DNA of 64,000 nucleotides from NCBI RefSeq assembly GCF_002706985.1, contig NZ_PAKP01000027.1; one strand, written 5' to 3'. The translations under genes and the position numbers were made by a program. This document shows positions 29,081 to 38,810 of the stretch, in pieces. The first letter of the stretch is position 1, and every line of letters starts with the position of its first letter. Below the pieces are notes generated by a model. That model searched no databases and had not been told where the DNA came from. It saw only the letters and a program-made list of their open reading frames with translations. The DNA comes from Sneathiella sp. (GTDB taxonomy: Bacteria > Pseudomonadota > Alphaproteobacteria > Sneathiellales > Sneathiellaceae).

Positions 29081-29950
29081 TCAGAAAGGACGGTCGCCCA
29101 CAATTGTTACCCGCTCCATCAGGCGATGCTCCGGGAAGAAATCTCCCACCGCGTAATGCTGGGTGCTGCGATTGTCCCAGAAGGCAATAGAGCCGGGTTC
29201 CCAGCGGAAGCGCACCTGATAATCCGGTATCGACGCTGTCCGATAGAGTTTGGTCAGCAGTTCCATGCTTTCCTGTCGGGTCTTGCCTGTGATGTTCGTG
29301 GTGAACGGGTTGTTCACATAGATCGCCTTGCGCCCCGAAACCGGATGGGTGCGAACGATGGGATGCTCCGACGGCGGATATTTCGCTTTCAGTTCCTTGA
29401 CCAGCTCCTCGGTGCCCGGCTGGGCATACATTGCCTGACGGAACGGTTTCCAGTCATGCATGGCGGTCAGGCCCTCGATCTCTTCCTTGGTCTCGTCATC
29501 CAGATCTTCATAGGCGGCTTCCATATCCGCCCATAATGTATCGCCGCCGACCTTGGGGGAAATGATGCATCTCAGGATCGACCCGAGTGACGGATCCTTC
29601 CGCCAGGTCACATCGCTGTGCCATTCATCGGCAGTTACCTGAGATTTTGCCGTGCTTTCAATAACCATGATTTCGGGTGCGATATCCTGTGTCTTGAAGC
29701 CCTCTTTATGTTGGGTAAGGGGGTGAATCTCTAGCTCGCCAAACCGCCGGGCGAAGGCAAGATGCTGTTCGCGCGTGAGATTCTGGTTGCGAAAGAAGAG
29801 GACCTTGTGCCTGACGAGCGCATCGGAGAGCTGGTCGATCACTCCCTGATCCAGGGTTTCCCGCAGGTCCACGCCCGAGACAACCGCGCCCAGACGCACC
29901 GTCATCGGCTCAAAATGCAGTTTGTCCGCGACAATATTCAACATCACCAT
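29081..29950 (-). CDS. TauD/TfdA family Fe(II)/2OG dioxygenase
   Basis: WHSDVTW and WDNRSTQHYA motifs. Confidence 0.92.
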   Translation of the reverse strand: MVMLNIVADKLHFEPMTVRLGAVVSGVDLRETLDQGVIDQLSDALVRHKVLFFRNQNLTREQHLAFARRFGELEIHPLTQHKEGFKTQDIAPEIMVIESTAKSQVTADEWHSDVTWRKDPSLGSILRCIISPKVGGDTLWADMEAAYEDLDDETKEEIEGLTAMHDWKPFRQAMYAQPGTEELVKELKAKYPPSEHPIVRTHPVSGRKAIYVNNPFTTNITGKTRQESMELLTKLYRTASIPDYQVRFRWEPGSIAFWDNRSTQHYAVGDFFPEHRLMERVTIVGDRPF

Positions 29951-29974
29951 TTCCCTCTCCTTTTCTTCTTATGC

Positions 29975-30030
29975 ATTAATCGATTCCAATTAATTGATAT
30001 GGATTAATTGATTGTGATTAATTTGTCAAG
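29975..30030. repeat. Four tandem 14-bp ATTAAT-led units, probable TetR operator array
   Basis: ATTAATCGATTCCA / ATTAATTGATATGG / ATTAATTGATTGTG / ATTAATTTGTCAAG. Confidence 0.6.
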
Positions 30031-30076
30031 GCGATAATATAGGGCAGATACAATTGTATTTCGGGAAGCAGCCTTT

Positions 30077-30796
30077 ATGACAAACAGCAATAGCCTCGAA
30101 CAGCTGATCGTTGAGCATCCGGACGTTCAGTCGCTTCCGCTTGAGGGAACAAAGCTCAGGATTGTCACTGCGGCGGAACGGCTGTTTGCGATCCACGGCA
30201 TTGACGGGGTAACGCTTCAACAAATCCTGAAAGGCGCAGGCCAGCGTAACTCCTCCGCCATGCATTATCATTTTGGCTCCCGCGAGGCCCTGATCGAGGC
30301 CATCCTCATGTGGCGGGTCAGCAAGATCGACGCCCATCGCAACCGGATGATCGATGAATTGCTGGCGGAGGGGCGCGGCGATGACATCCGCGGCATTCTG
30401 GCAACCGCCGTCATTCCCTTCATTCGCCCGATCGAGGAATCATCGCAGCCGAGTTTCTACAACCGCTTCCTGCTGGAGGTGCATCGCAGCCCCTCCGTCA
30501 GCTTTGATGACATCATCGCCGGCAAGGCCGACCGGGGGATCAAACGGATGAACGAGTTGCTGCTCCGGCAGCTTGACCATATTCCCGCCGAATTGCGGAT
30601 GACCAGGATTGCCACCATCCGGTCGATGATCATCTTCGCCGTCGCGGATATCGAGGCGGTGCGCTCGCGTAAAATAAAGGAAACCGGCGCGTTCAACTTC
30701 GACCGCGCGGTCGAGAACCTGATCGACATGGTCAGCGCCGCCTTCATCGCCCCCGTCTCCCCACAAACCCAAAACCGCCTGACCGACGGGGAGTAG
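30077..30796 (+). CDS. TetR/AcrR family regulator
   Basis: IVTAAERLFAIHGIDGVTLQQI...MHYHFGSREALI HTH. Confidence 0.92.
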   Translation: MTNSNSLEQLIVEHPDVQSLPLEGTKLRIVTAAERLFAIHGIDGVTLQQILKGAGQRNSSAMHYHFGSREALIEAILMWRVSKIDAHRNRMIDELLAEGRGDDIRGILATAVIPFIRPIEESSQPSFYNRFLLEVHRSPSVSFDDIIAGKADRGIKRMNELLLRQLDHIPAELRMTRIATIRSMIIFAVADIEAVRSRKIKETGAFNFDRAVENLIDMVSAAFIAPVSPQTQNRLTDGE

Positions 30797-30909
30797 AAAT
30801 ATCGTTTTCGCCGGAAACGATTTAAGGTAACGGGTCTGGTTTGCAAGCTGAAATGTGATTGCTATACTCCTTATACTCGCTTTTAGTTGCGCCAACATAA
30901 GGATTAGCA

Positions 30910-31803
30910 ATGGGAACAAAGTCCCGCATTCTCGCATTCACTATACTTTTTCTCGCCTGTATAAATACCGGCATTCCGAAGAGTAAAACCGCGCAGGCTG
31001 CGAGCTCTGAAATACATTATTTTGATGACCCCGAAACGCTATCAACTTACTGTACCGAGGGTAATGCCAGAGCCTGTACCGTACTAGGCGCGAGATATCA
31101 GCAGGGGCGGAGCCTGCCCAAGAACCTGTCTTCGGCTACAGAATATTATGAAAAGGCCTGCAATCTGGGTTCACCAAAATCCTGTTTTGATTTTGCGGAA
31201 CTCCAATTTAAACACAACAACCAGCGCGTTGAGGCAACAGCTATCTTTGAAAAGCTGTGCAATCAAACCGATATGATGATGGCCTGCCAATATGCGAGCT
31301 CTATTTATGAAAGAGGCGTTGACGATATTCCCGCAAATGCGGAAAAATCAAAGGCATATTGGGCGCACGGGAAGGAAGTTCGTTATCTTCCAATTAGCCT
31401 GAGCATGGATGAAACAATTGATCAAAAAATATCGAGGACTATCAACAATTGCGAACAGGATAAACTTTTAGCGGCATGTGATACGCTCGGTTCCATATAC
31501 AAGGAGGGCGTAAAGCATATTAAAGCGGACCCCGAAAAATCAGAAGCTTACTTTATGAAGGCCTGTCGACAGAATTCTTTTCCTTCCTGTTTTAAGATAG
31601 ATGAAGATAAAGCAGGTGGGCTCAAAAGAGTTGAGAAATTATGTGTGAACGAAAACAATGTTGCTGCATGTATCTTGGTTGCTTCGAAATACAAAAACGG
31701 GGCTGCGGGCGTGCCGGTAAGCCGGGCAAAAGCAAACGAATACTACGACAAAGCTTGCCTTCTCGGGCATGACAAGTCATGTCTTGAGGCTTTTAAGAAA
31801 TAA
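30910..31803 (+). CDS. Secreted Cys-rich Sel1-like repeat protein
   Basis: Signal peptide; repeated KAC..G...C and AC..LG..Y units. Confidence 0.8.
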   Translation: MGTKSRILAFTILFLACINTGIPKSKTAQAASSEIHYFDDPETLSTYCTEGNARACTVLGARYQQGRSLPKNLSSATEYYEKACNLGSPKSCFDFAELQFKHNNQRVEATAIFEKLCNQTDMMMACQYASSIYERGVDDIPANAEKSKAYWAHGKEVRYLPISLSMDETIDQKISRTINNCEQDKLLAACDTLGSIYKEGVKHIKADPEKSEAYFMKACRQNSFPSCFKIDEDKAGGLKRVEKLCVNENNVAACILVASKYKNGAAGVPVSRAKANEYYDKACLLGHDKSCLEAFKK

Positions 31804-31819
31804 ATCGGGAGGACTTGTC

Positions 31820-32899
31820 ATGTGGCCTAGCCAGAAGCTGCTTGATCTGTTTCAAGTCGAATTGCCAATCATCCAGGCGCCCATGGCCGGCGCTAATGGT
31901 TCTGCCTTGGCAATTGCGGTAAGCGAGACGGGCGGTCTTGGCTCCCTTCCTTGCGCCATGCTAAGTGAAGACCAGATCCGCGCCGAAGCGGGCATCATTC
32001 GGCAACAAACCGCAAAACCGTTCAGCATGAATTTTTTCTGCCATACCGCCGTAACCCCGACGCCGGAACAGGAGGCGAACTGGGCCTCCCGGCTCGCGCC
32101 ATTCTACAAGGAGTTCGGGCTTGATCCTTCGGAAATCGCCCCGGCACCCGCGCGCCGTACCTTTGATGAGGGCATGTGTGAATTGGTTGAAGAGATCAAA
32201 CCACAGGTGGCCAGCTTTCATTTCGGCCTGCCCGACCCCTCCCTGCTTGCGCGGGTCAAGGCGGCGGGCGTGCGCGTTATTTCCAGTGCCACGACAGCGG
32301 CCGAAGCACGCTGGTTGGAAACCAACGGCTGCGATGCGATTATTGCCCAAGGCTATGAGGCGGGCGGCCATCGCGGCATGTTCCTTAGCGGGGATATTAC
32401 AGCGCAACCCGGCACCATGGCGCTGTTGCCGCAAGTCGTCGATGCCGTGAAAGTGCCGGTTATCGCCGCGGGCGGCATTGCAGATGGCCGGGGTATTGCC
32501 GCAGCCTTTGCGCTCGGCGCCGCTGGCGTGCAGATTGGCACCGCCTATCTTTTCACGCCGCAGGCCCTCATCACCGATATTCATCGCGCGGCCTTGCATC
32601 ACGCCAAAGATAACGAGACGGTGCTGACGAACGTCTTTTCCGGAAAGCCTGCCCGCGGCATCATCAACCGCGCAACCCGCGAGGTTGGGCCGATTTCAGG
32701 TGACGCCCCTCCGTTTCCGACAGCAGGTGCCGCGCTTACCCCCCTCAAAGCAAAAGCGGAAGCGACTGGCTCGGGTGATTTTACCTCGCTCTGGTCCGGA
32801 CAGGCGGCCTCCCTTGCCCGCGATATGGACGCCGGAGACCTCACCCGCACCTTCGCATCGGACGCCCTTCAGCGGATGAAGCAATTGGCAGGCACGTAG
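31820..32899 (+). CDS. Nitronate monooxygenase family flavoprotein
   Basis: PIIQAPMAG, AQGYEAGGHRG and VIAAGGIADGRG motifs. Confidence 0.92.
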   Translation: MWPSQKLLDLFQVELPIIQAPMAGANGSALAIAVSETGGLGSLPCAMLSEDQIRAEAGIIRQQTAKPFSMNFFCHTAVTPTPEQEANWASRLAPFYKEFGLDPSEIAPAPARRTFDEGMCELVEEIKPQVASFHFGLPDPSLLARVKAAGVRVISSATTAAEARWLETNGCDAIIAQGYEAGGHRGMFLSGDITAQPGTMALLPQVVDAVKVPVIAAGGIADGRGIAAAFALGAAGVQIGTAYLFTPQALITDIHRAALHHAKDNETVLTNVFSGKPARGIINRATREVGPISGDAPPFPTAGAALTPLKAKAEATGSGDFTSLWSGQAASLARDMDAGDLTRTFASDALQRMKQLAGT

Positions 32900-32906
32900 A
32901 GAAAGT

Positions 32907-32934
32907 TTGACATTCCAGTTAATTAGCGTATAAG
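32907..32934 (+). promoter_or_regulatory. Sigma70-type promoter of rhlE, implying a ~200-nt 5' leader
   Basis: TTGACA-N16-TATAAG. Confidence 0.6.
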
Positions 32935-33145
32935 CCCTGCATTGCCGAAGCGATACCAGATAGAGTGTCGCGTTGCAGAATTTCGCATGGCGCTAACTTC
33001 GATCCCCTTTGAGTGGGCTGTCGAAATCACCCCCGAAACAGCAATACAGACAAGACGATCGATGATTTCGATCGTTCGTTTTATGAATATTTCGAGGGCT
33101 CCTACGCTGCAACAGGCCTCATAAAGCTGGAAAGTAACTATAGTA

Positions 33146-34501
33146 ATGACAAAATTTACAGACCTCGGTCTGAACCAATCCGTCCTTCGCGCTGTCGAAG
33201 AGAGCGGCTATGAAACCATGACTCCCATCCAGAAACAGGCGATTCCCGCCGTGATGGAGGGCAAAGACCTGATCGCAATTGCGCAGACGGGCACCGGTAA
33301 AACCGCCGCCTTCTCGCTTCCCCTGATCCAGAAACTTCTGACCGGAGAGGGCAAGCGCGCACCGAAAGGCGCCCGCGCCCTGATCCTTGCGCCAACGCGG
33401 GAGTTGGCGATACAGATTTCCGAGAATATCCAGGCCTATGCGAAATACCTGCATCTGAAAAGCACCCTGATCTATGGCGGGGCAGGTGCCAAGCCGCAGA
33501 TTAAGGCAATGATCGCCGGTGTCGATATCCTGATTGCAACACCGGGCCGCCTGCTCGATCTTATGAACCAGCGCCATGTCAATCTCGGCAAGGTCGAATA
33601 TCTGGTGCTTGATGAAGCGGACCGGATGCTCGATATGGGCTTTATCCGCGATATTCAGAAAATCATCGCGCAACTGCCAACGACTCGCCAGACCCTGCTT
33701 TTCTCGGCGACCATGCCGAAAAGCGTTGAAAAGCTAGCCAACAGCATTCTCACCCATCCGGTCCGGATAGAGGTTGCTCCGGCCGCGACAACCGCGGAAA
33801 AGGTGGCACAGCATGTCCTGATGGTGCCAAAGGGCCGCAAGCGCGAGCTGCTCGCCCATGTGTTGAAAGACGAGAACCTAAGCCGCGTGCTGATCTTCAC
33901 CCGCACCAAGCATGGCGCGAACAAGGTGTCCCGCCAACTCGAGCAGCTGGGCATCTCCTCCGACGCAATTCACGGCAACAAGTCTCAGAACGCCCGTCAG
34001 AAGGCCCTCAATTCCTTCCGCAGCGGCGAGACCCGTGCTCTGGTGGCAACGGATGTGGCGGCGCGCGGGATCGATGTCGATGGCGTGACCCATGTGATCA
34101 ACTTTGAGATCCCGAACGAACCCGAAAGCTATGTCCACCGGATCGGCCGCACAGCGCGCGCCGGCGCGGCGGGATCGTCCCTTTCCTTCTGCGATCATGA
34201 AGAACGGGCGTATTTGAAAGATATCGAGAAGAGCATCCGCCAGCCCGTCCCGGTATTGACGGATCACCCCTTTCATGCGGAAGGCATCGCGGGTGCCCCG
34301 GCCGGTGAGGAAAGCAAACCTGCGATGACCGGACGCAGGAGCCGTGGCGCCAGGAACGGTCGGCGCGCATCGGCTCCAGGGACAAGCAGCAATCAGAATA
34401 CACCGCGTCGTGCCGGCGCGGGTGCCCCGGCCAATTCGCAGCGGAGCGGAGCGGGCAAGTCTCGTTCCCGAAATCGCCGCCCGCAGCGCACTGCCGCATA
34501 A
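33146..34501 (+). CDS. rhlE: DEAD-box RNA helicase
   Basis: AQTGTGKT, PTRELA, LDEADRMLDMGF, SAT and HRIGRTARAG; basic C-terminal tail. Confidence 0.9.
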   Translation: MTKFTDLGLNQSVLRAVEESGYETMTPIQKQAIPAVMEGKDLIAIAQTGTGKTAAFSLPLIQKLLTGEGKRAPKGARALILAPTRELAIQISENIQAYAKYLHLKSTLIYGGAGAKPQIKAMIAGVDILIATPGRLLDLMNQRHVNLGKVEYLVLDEADRMLDMGFIRDIQKIIAQLPTTRQTLLFSATMPKSVEKLANSILTHPVRIEVAPAATTAEKVAQHVLMVPKGRKRELLAHVLKDENLSRVLIFTRTKHGANKVSRQLEQLGISSDAIHGNKSQNARQKALNSFRSGETRALVATDVAARGIDVDGVTHVINFEIPNEPESYVHRIGRTARAGAAGSSLSFCDHEERAYLKDIEKSIRQPVPVLTDHPFHAEGIAGAPAGEESKPAMTGRRSRGARNGRRASAPGTSSNQNTPRRAGAGAPANSQRSGAGKSRSRNRRPQRTAA

Positions 34502-34526
34502 TCCATAAAGCACAGCGTCAAACAAG

Positions 34527-34557
34527 AAAGGCCCCGCCGCACAGGCAGGGCCTTTTT
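34527..34557 (+). terminator. Rho-independent terminator after rhlE
   Basis: AAAGGCCC...GGGCCTTTTT. Confidence 0.8.
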
Positions 34558-34563
34558 AAATTC

Positions 34564-34613
34564 TGGTGGAGCCAAACGGGATCGAACCGTCGACCTCTTG
34601 AATGCCATTCAAG
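34564..34613 (-). repeat. att site: duplicated 3' 50 bp of tRNA-Ala
   Basis: TGGTGGAGCCAAACGGGATCGAACCGTCGACCTCTTGAATGCCATTCAAG is identical to 53660-53709. Confidence 0.97.
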
Positions 34614-34728
34614 TGTTCCATTATGAACCGTACACTACGAGCAATCATTAAACGGCTATTTACCGGGACTCCCCTTAACTCTAATCGAGCCGTTTACTAT
34701 ATAGAGTGCATATGATACCTTATTCCAA

Positions 34729-34759
34729 GGTCACTTATAGGTCACTCGATATGGTCACT
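34729..34759 (+). repeat. Probable integrase arm-type sites (3x GGTCACT)
   Basis: GGTCACT at 34729, 34740 and 34753; the 18-mer GGTCACTTATAGGTCACT recurs at 53594-53611. Confidence 0.75.
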
Positions 34760-35941
34760 CAGAGCAGATACAAGCTCACAAAGCGGTTAATCGACAGCTT
34801 CGCCTACTCGGGCGGGACAGATGTTCGATGGGATGAAACTATTCCCGGCTTTGGCGTTCGCATCTATCCGTCCGGTAAAAAGGCTTTCATTCTCAGATAC
34901 AGGGCACAAGGCCGCAAGCGGCTATTAACCCTTGGCAGGTTCGGCGCTGATCTGACGCTTGAGCAAGCGCGCGACAAGGCCAAGTCACATCGTGTCAGTG
35001 TTCGCGACGGAAAAGACCCGCTGGAAGAAAGAAAGAAGTTCTCGCAAGGGAAAACTTTCAAGGAATTGAGCGACAAATATATCCGGGACCATGCCAAGCC
35101 CCACAAGAAAACATGGAAGACAGACGAGAGCAGGCTTGAACGCCATATCCCCGCGTCGTGGAGCAGTCGTATAGTCGCAACGATTAACCGCGACGATGTA
35201 AGCAGCCTTCATTCAAAGATAGGGACGACCGCGCCCTATGAGGCCAACCGGACGCTGGACCTTTTGCGCGTCGTATTTGAGAAGGCCCGAAGCTGGTATT
35301 TCATTGAAAGCACGGCAGAGAACCCTGCAGCGGGTATCAAGAAATTCCGGGAACACAAGCGCAAGCGGTTTGTGACACGGGAAGAATTACCCGAACTGGC
35401 GAAGGCTATTGATAAGGAACAGAGCATATATGTTCGCTCAGCTCTCTGGCTCTATCTGTTGACGGGCTTACGCAAAAACGAATTGTTGAAGGTAAAGCGG
35501 TCGGAGGTTGATTTTTCCCGGCAAATGCTACGCCTCCCTGATACGAAATCAGGAGACGAACAGGAAGTCACCTTGAGCGCCGCAGCAATGGCTATCATCA
35601 ATGCGATACCGCCAGAGGAAAAGAACCCCTACCTGTTCCCCGGCAAAATCAAGGGCAAGCACATCGTCAATATCGACAAGGCTTGGCGGCGCGTCCGGGA
35701 GTCCGCAGAGATAGACGACCTGCATCTACATGACCTCCGGCGTTCAGTTGGAAGCTGGCTTACACAGACAGGCGTTGATCTGAATGTCATCAAGTCCGCC
35801 CTTCGCCATTCCAATATTTCAACCACGCTGATCTATGCCCGCCTGGGCGATGATCCGGCGCGAGCGGCAATGGAGGCGCACGGCGAAAACATTCTAGCGG
35901 TCGCTGGAAAGCACACAAAGTTAGTGGAGGGAAATCGTTGA
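34751..35941 (+). CDS. int: Tyrosine integrase with N-terminal arm-binding domain (P4-like)
   Basis: WDETIPGFGVRI arm domain; GLRKNE, HDLRRS and RHSNISTTLIYAR catalytic residues. Confidence 0.95.
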   Translation: MVTQSRYKLTKRLIDSFAYSGGTDVRWDETIPGFGVRIYPSGKKAFILRYRAQGRKRLLTLGRFGADLTLEQARDKAKSHRVSVRDGKDPLEERKKFSQGKTFKELSDKYIRDHAKPHKKTWKTDESRLERHIPASWSSRIVATINRDDVSSLHSKIGTTAPYEANRTLDLLRVVFEKARSWYFIESTAENPAAGIKKFREHKRKRFVTREELPELAKAIDKEQSIYVRSALWLYLLTGLRKNELLKVKRSEVDFSRQMLRLPDTKSGDEQEVTLSAAAMAIINAIPPEEKNPYLFPGKIKGKHIVNIDKAWRRVRESAEIDDLHLHDLRRSVGSWLTQTGVDLNVIKSALRHSNISTTLIYARLGDDPARAAMEAHGENILAVAGKHTKLVEGNR

Positions 35942-36903
35942 CGCAATTTTTTGAACCGCCGACAACTGATACTATGTCGCTTTTTCAGACTATCAGATTT
36001 TTGGCTTATGACGAGAAGCCTATAAAGTTAGACCACGCGATTGCGCTTGGATATTTTGCGTCCAACGATCCGCAAAAGGAATCGGCGGCAAAAAACACTA
36101 TTTTCTTGGCCCTCAGCTTGGGGAAGCTGCCTGCTTTCGGTATTAAGACAGATAACATTGATAAAAACGGGCAGTTAACCCCGGAAGAAGATGCCAGAAC
36201 CAGCAACATAGCGAATGCAGAAACACCGGAGGAAATTCCGGCTTGTTTTTGGTCCTTGCGCTGCATTGATTGGGGAGCGGGAAGGTGTTGGCAAACCTCT
36301 GTGCGTGAGGACTTAATTGATGAGCCATTGCCCAAAGTTACCAAGGCCCCGCCGCCTATCCCGTTGCGAGGATCGGCGGCAGCCACGAGTCAAAAAATAG
36401 AGATGCTAAAGGAAAACCTACCCGAGAGCCTAGCGAACGAAACCAGTATGCCGCCATGGCTAGACTATGAAAAAGCTGCTAGCGCACCCCCGCGAAAATC
36501 AAAGTCAAAGAATAAGGGTAAAGCGACGAGCGCCACACTCTTGCCAAGGGAAAAAATATTGCGCCAAACTGTTTATTCTCTTGGGGGGTATATAGGCATT
36601 ACCCTGAAAACAGCCGATGTCTTTAAAGTGCTAGAGGCGCATAACGCAGACAAGTCGCCCCTGACTCATAGTGGCGGCGCAGGGCGAAGCAGCGCCATGC
36701 ACCTGTACAGAAAGGAACTCCTTGAAAGGTTCGGGCGTAAAGCATCAAAACCAAGTCTCAGGGCAGAGGCGGCGGCAATACTGGACGCCGTAAAAAAGCA
36801 GTATCCAGACATTAATCATTCGAAGTGCGGCGCGATAGAAAACGGCCTGCGAGATGACTACAACAAAATTAAACCGGAAATTTTGGCGTGGTCGGAAGAA
36901 TGA
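35938..36903 (+). CDS. Hypothetical protein translationally coupled to the integrase
   Basis: 321-aa ORF with a TTG start overlapping the int stop. Confidence 0.6.
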   Translation: MTQFFEPPTTDTMSLFQTIRFLAYDEKPIKLDHAIALGYFASNDPQKESAAKNTIFLALSLGKLPAFGIKTDNIDKNGQLTPEEDARTSNIANAETPEEIPACFWSLRCIDWGAGRCWQTSVREDLIDEPLPKVTKAPPPIPLRGSAAATSQKIEMLKENLPESLANETSMPPWLDYEKAASAPPRKSKSKNKGKATSATLLPREKILRQTVYSLGGYIGITLKTADVFKVLEAHNADKSPLTHSGGAGRSSAMHLYRKELLERFGRKASKPSLRAEAAAILDAVKKQYPDINHSKCGAIENGLRDDYNKIKPEILAWSEE

Positions 36904-37050
36904 AAGCATAAATATGCGCATTTAATTGCCATAGAAATGGCATTTAATTGCCATTAAATTAAATCGAACGCTTCAATTTAATGTCGTTTAACCACATGAA
37001 ATTAAATAATAAAATACGTTCATTGCTTCTTCCTACTATGGAGATAAACT

Positions 37051-37323
37051 TTGAACGCAGTACAAAACCACAAGCCAGATATAGGGCCAAGCGCCCCTGA
37101 CGAGAGCGGCTCCGATTATTGGTATGCTCTTATAGGTGAGGACAGGGGAGCCGAGTTTGTCGGCCTTGATCCTCGCACCCTCCAAGCAAGACGACAAAGA
37201 GGCGGCGGGCCGAAATATGTCCGCATATCCTCCCGCTGCATCAAGTATCGAAGAATTGATTTAAAGGAATGGGCTGATGGCCTGCTCCGGCAATCAACTT
37301 CGGACACAGGCGAGGCCGCGTAA
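37051..37323 (+). CDS. AlpA/excisionase-like HTH protein
   Basis: AEFVGLDPRTLQARRQRGGGPKYVRISSRCIKYRRIDLKEW. Confidence 0.85.
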   Translation: MNAVQNHKPDIGPSAPDESGSDYWYALIGEDRGAEFVGLDPRTLQARRQRGGGPKYVRISSRCIKYRRIDLKEWADGLLRQSTSDTGEAA

Positions 37324-37422
37324 TGAATACCCGGCTTCTCAATAAAAAAGCACCCGAGCAAGGTTTGGACAACGGCGCTCAAGGTGCTTTCTTTTCATCC
37401 ATTTTACAGGACGGACACAACC

Positions 37423-37581
37423 ATGATGTTACAGAATAAACTCCCCAATAGCAAGCCTTACCCGCACATCGCGGAAGGCGATCTAGCCAAGCGGCAGGCG
37501 TCGTTAATCGGCCACCGCTACCACGTTTCCCCTTCATATGCCCGAGTCGTTGCAAGGGAAGTTTTCGGAGGTGAAGCATGA
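37423..37581 (+). CDS. Small hypothetical protein
   Basis: Part of the ATGA/TAATG-coupled run; RYHVSPSYARVVAR. Confidence 0.5.
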   Translation: MMLQNKLPNSKPYPHIAEGDLAKRQASLIGHRYHVSPSYARVVAREVFGGEA

Positions 37582-37886
37582 GCCGTATGTCAGTGACCGC
37601 CATCAACAAGGAATATGACGCTCCCACTCCCTTCACTGTACGAGGCCAGACGGCTAAATGCCTGTTGGCGCTTGTCGAGGCCGGGGAGAAAGGGACCACA
37701 GCCCTTGAAACATCGTCCTGGGCTTTACGGTTTAGCGCCTATTGCTTCGACCTTCGCCACAATCATGGGCTCTCAATCCGCACGGATCGCGAACCGCATG
37801 ATGCAGGCTGGCACGGTCGGCACGTTCTGGAAACACCGGTTGAGATTATCGAGATCAAACGACCGGAGGGAGGCGCAAATGGGTGA
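37578..37886 (+). CDS. Winged-helix domain protein typical of alphaproteobacterial islands
   Basis: GTTALE...LRFSAYCFDLRHNHGLSIRT. Confidence 0.7.
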   Translation: MSRMSVTAINKEYDAPTPFTVRGQTAKCLLALVEAGEKGTTALETSSWALRFSAYCFDLRHNHGLSIRTDREPHDAGWHGRHVLETPVEIIEIKRPEGGANG

Positions 37887-38076
37887 AGTCGTCAGAATGC
37901 CGCTCAAAGCGCCAACAGCAGCCTCTACGCTTGTTTTCTATTCATGGGAGGCAATTTTGCAAGACCTCCCGCCACGGAGTCGGAAAAAGGCCCTGATAAC
38001 GGCTTACAGGGGTGGGCTGATACCTGCCGCGCTCGTTTCCTATCTCATGGACCTATGGGAGTTGGAGAGCATTTAA
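37879..38076 (+). CDS. Small hypothetical protein
   Basis: GGAGG RBS; stop overlaps the next ATG. Confidence 0.5.
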   Translation: MGEVVRMPLKAPTAASTLVFYSWEAILQDLPPRSRKKALITAYRGGLIPAALVSYLMDLWELESI

Positions 38077-38810
38077 TGAGTTTTTACCTAATGCACCGGG
38101 GCTGGATGGATAATCCAGCCTTCCGAAACGAACCCTACAACCGGCGCGACGCATTTTGCTGGCTGATAGAACATGCTGCATTCCGGGACGGCGTAACAGT
38201 ACCGCTTCCAATGGGGGATATTACGCTGAACCGGGGGCAGCTAACCTACTCCACCAGATACCTCGCGCAAGCGTGGAGATGGACCGAACCGCGCGTCAGA
38301 AGGTGTTTAAAGTTGTTTCAAAGTCGATCCATGATTGAACTTGAAACCGACGCAGGGCAAACCGTCATAACCATTTGTAAATATGACGATTATCAGGACG
38401 CCAAGCGAGTTATCGACGCAGCAATCGACGCAGCAGCGACGCAGGACCGACGCAGCAGCGACGCAAATAAGAAAGAAGGAAAACCCTTAAAACCCTTAAA
38501 TGATGATGTTAACGGGGCAGGCTACGCCTTTGCGGGTAAAATTATCCGGCTCAATCAAGCAGATTTCAACCGGTGGGAAGAAGCCTATCAATCTATCCCG
38601 GATTTAAAGGCAGAGCTTACAGCCCTTGATGATTATTTCCACACTCAGAATCCAAAGAACTGGTTCGCGGCGGTATCGGGCGCACTCAAGAAACGCAACA
38701 ATCAATATCTCGACGGGAAAAAGCAACCAGCCCACAAGATGACGGATGCCGAATATAACCGTTTGCACAGCGACCTAGTGACCTCCAATCCGATGGGAGG
38801 CGCGCAATGA
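38076..38810 (+). CDS. Phage replication initiator-like protein (lambda O-like) with internal iterons
   Basis: MSFYLMHRGWMD...LNRGQL...LAQAWRW N-terminus; internal CGACGCAG repeats; upstream of the helicase. Confidence 0.7.
   Translation: MSFYLMHRGWMDNPAFRNEPYNRRDAFCWLIEHAAFRDGVTVPLPMGDITLNRGQLTYSTRYLAQAWRWTEPRVRRCLKLFQSRSMIELETDAGQTVITICKYDDYQDAKRVIDAAIDAAATQDRRSSDANKKEGKPLKPLNDDVNGAGYAFAGKIIRLNQADFNRWEEAYQSIPDLKAELTALDDYFHTQNPKNWFAAVSGALKKRNNQYLDGKKQPAHKMTDAEYNRLHSDLVTSNPMGGAQ
38414..38466 (+). repeat. Five CGACGCA(G) iterons at 11-12 bp period, candidate origin
   Basis: Copies start at about 38414, 38426, 38437, 38448 and 38459, followed by an A-rich tract. Confidence 0.7.

Noticed and set aside
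34564-34613. Second tRNA-Ala gene
   Set aside because: Only the 3' 50 nt are present, with no D-arm or 5' acceptor strand; it is the att duplication.
36977-36992. CtrA box in the island control region
   Set aside because: The spacing is TTAA-N6-TTAAC, not N7.
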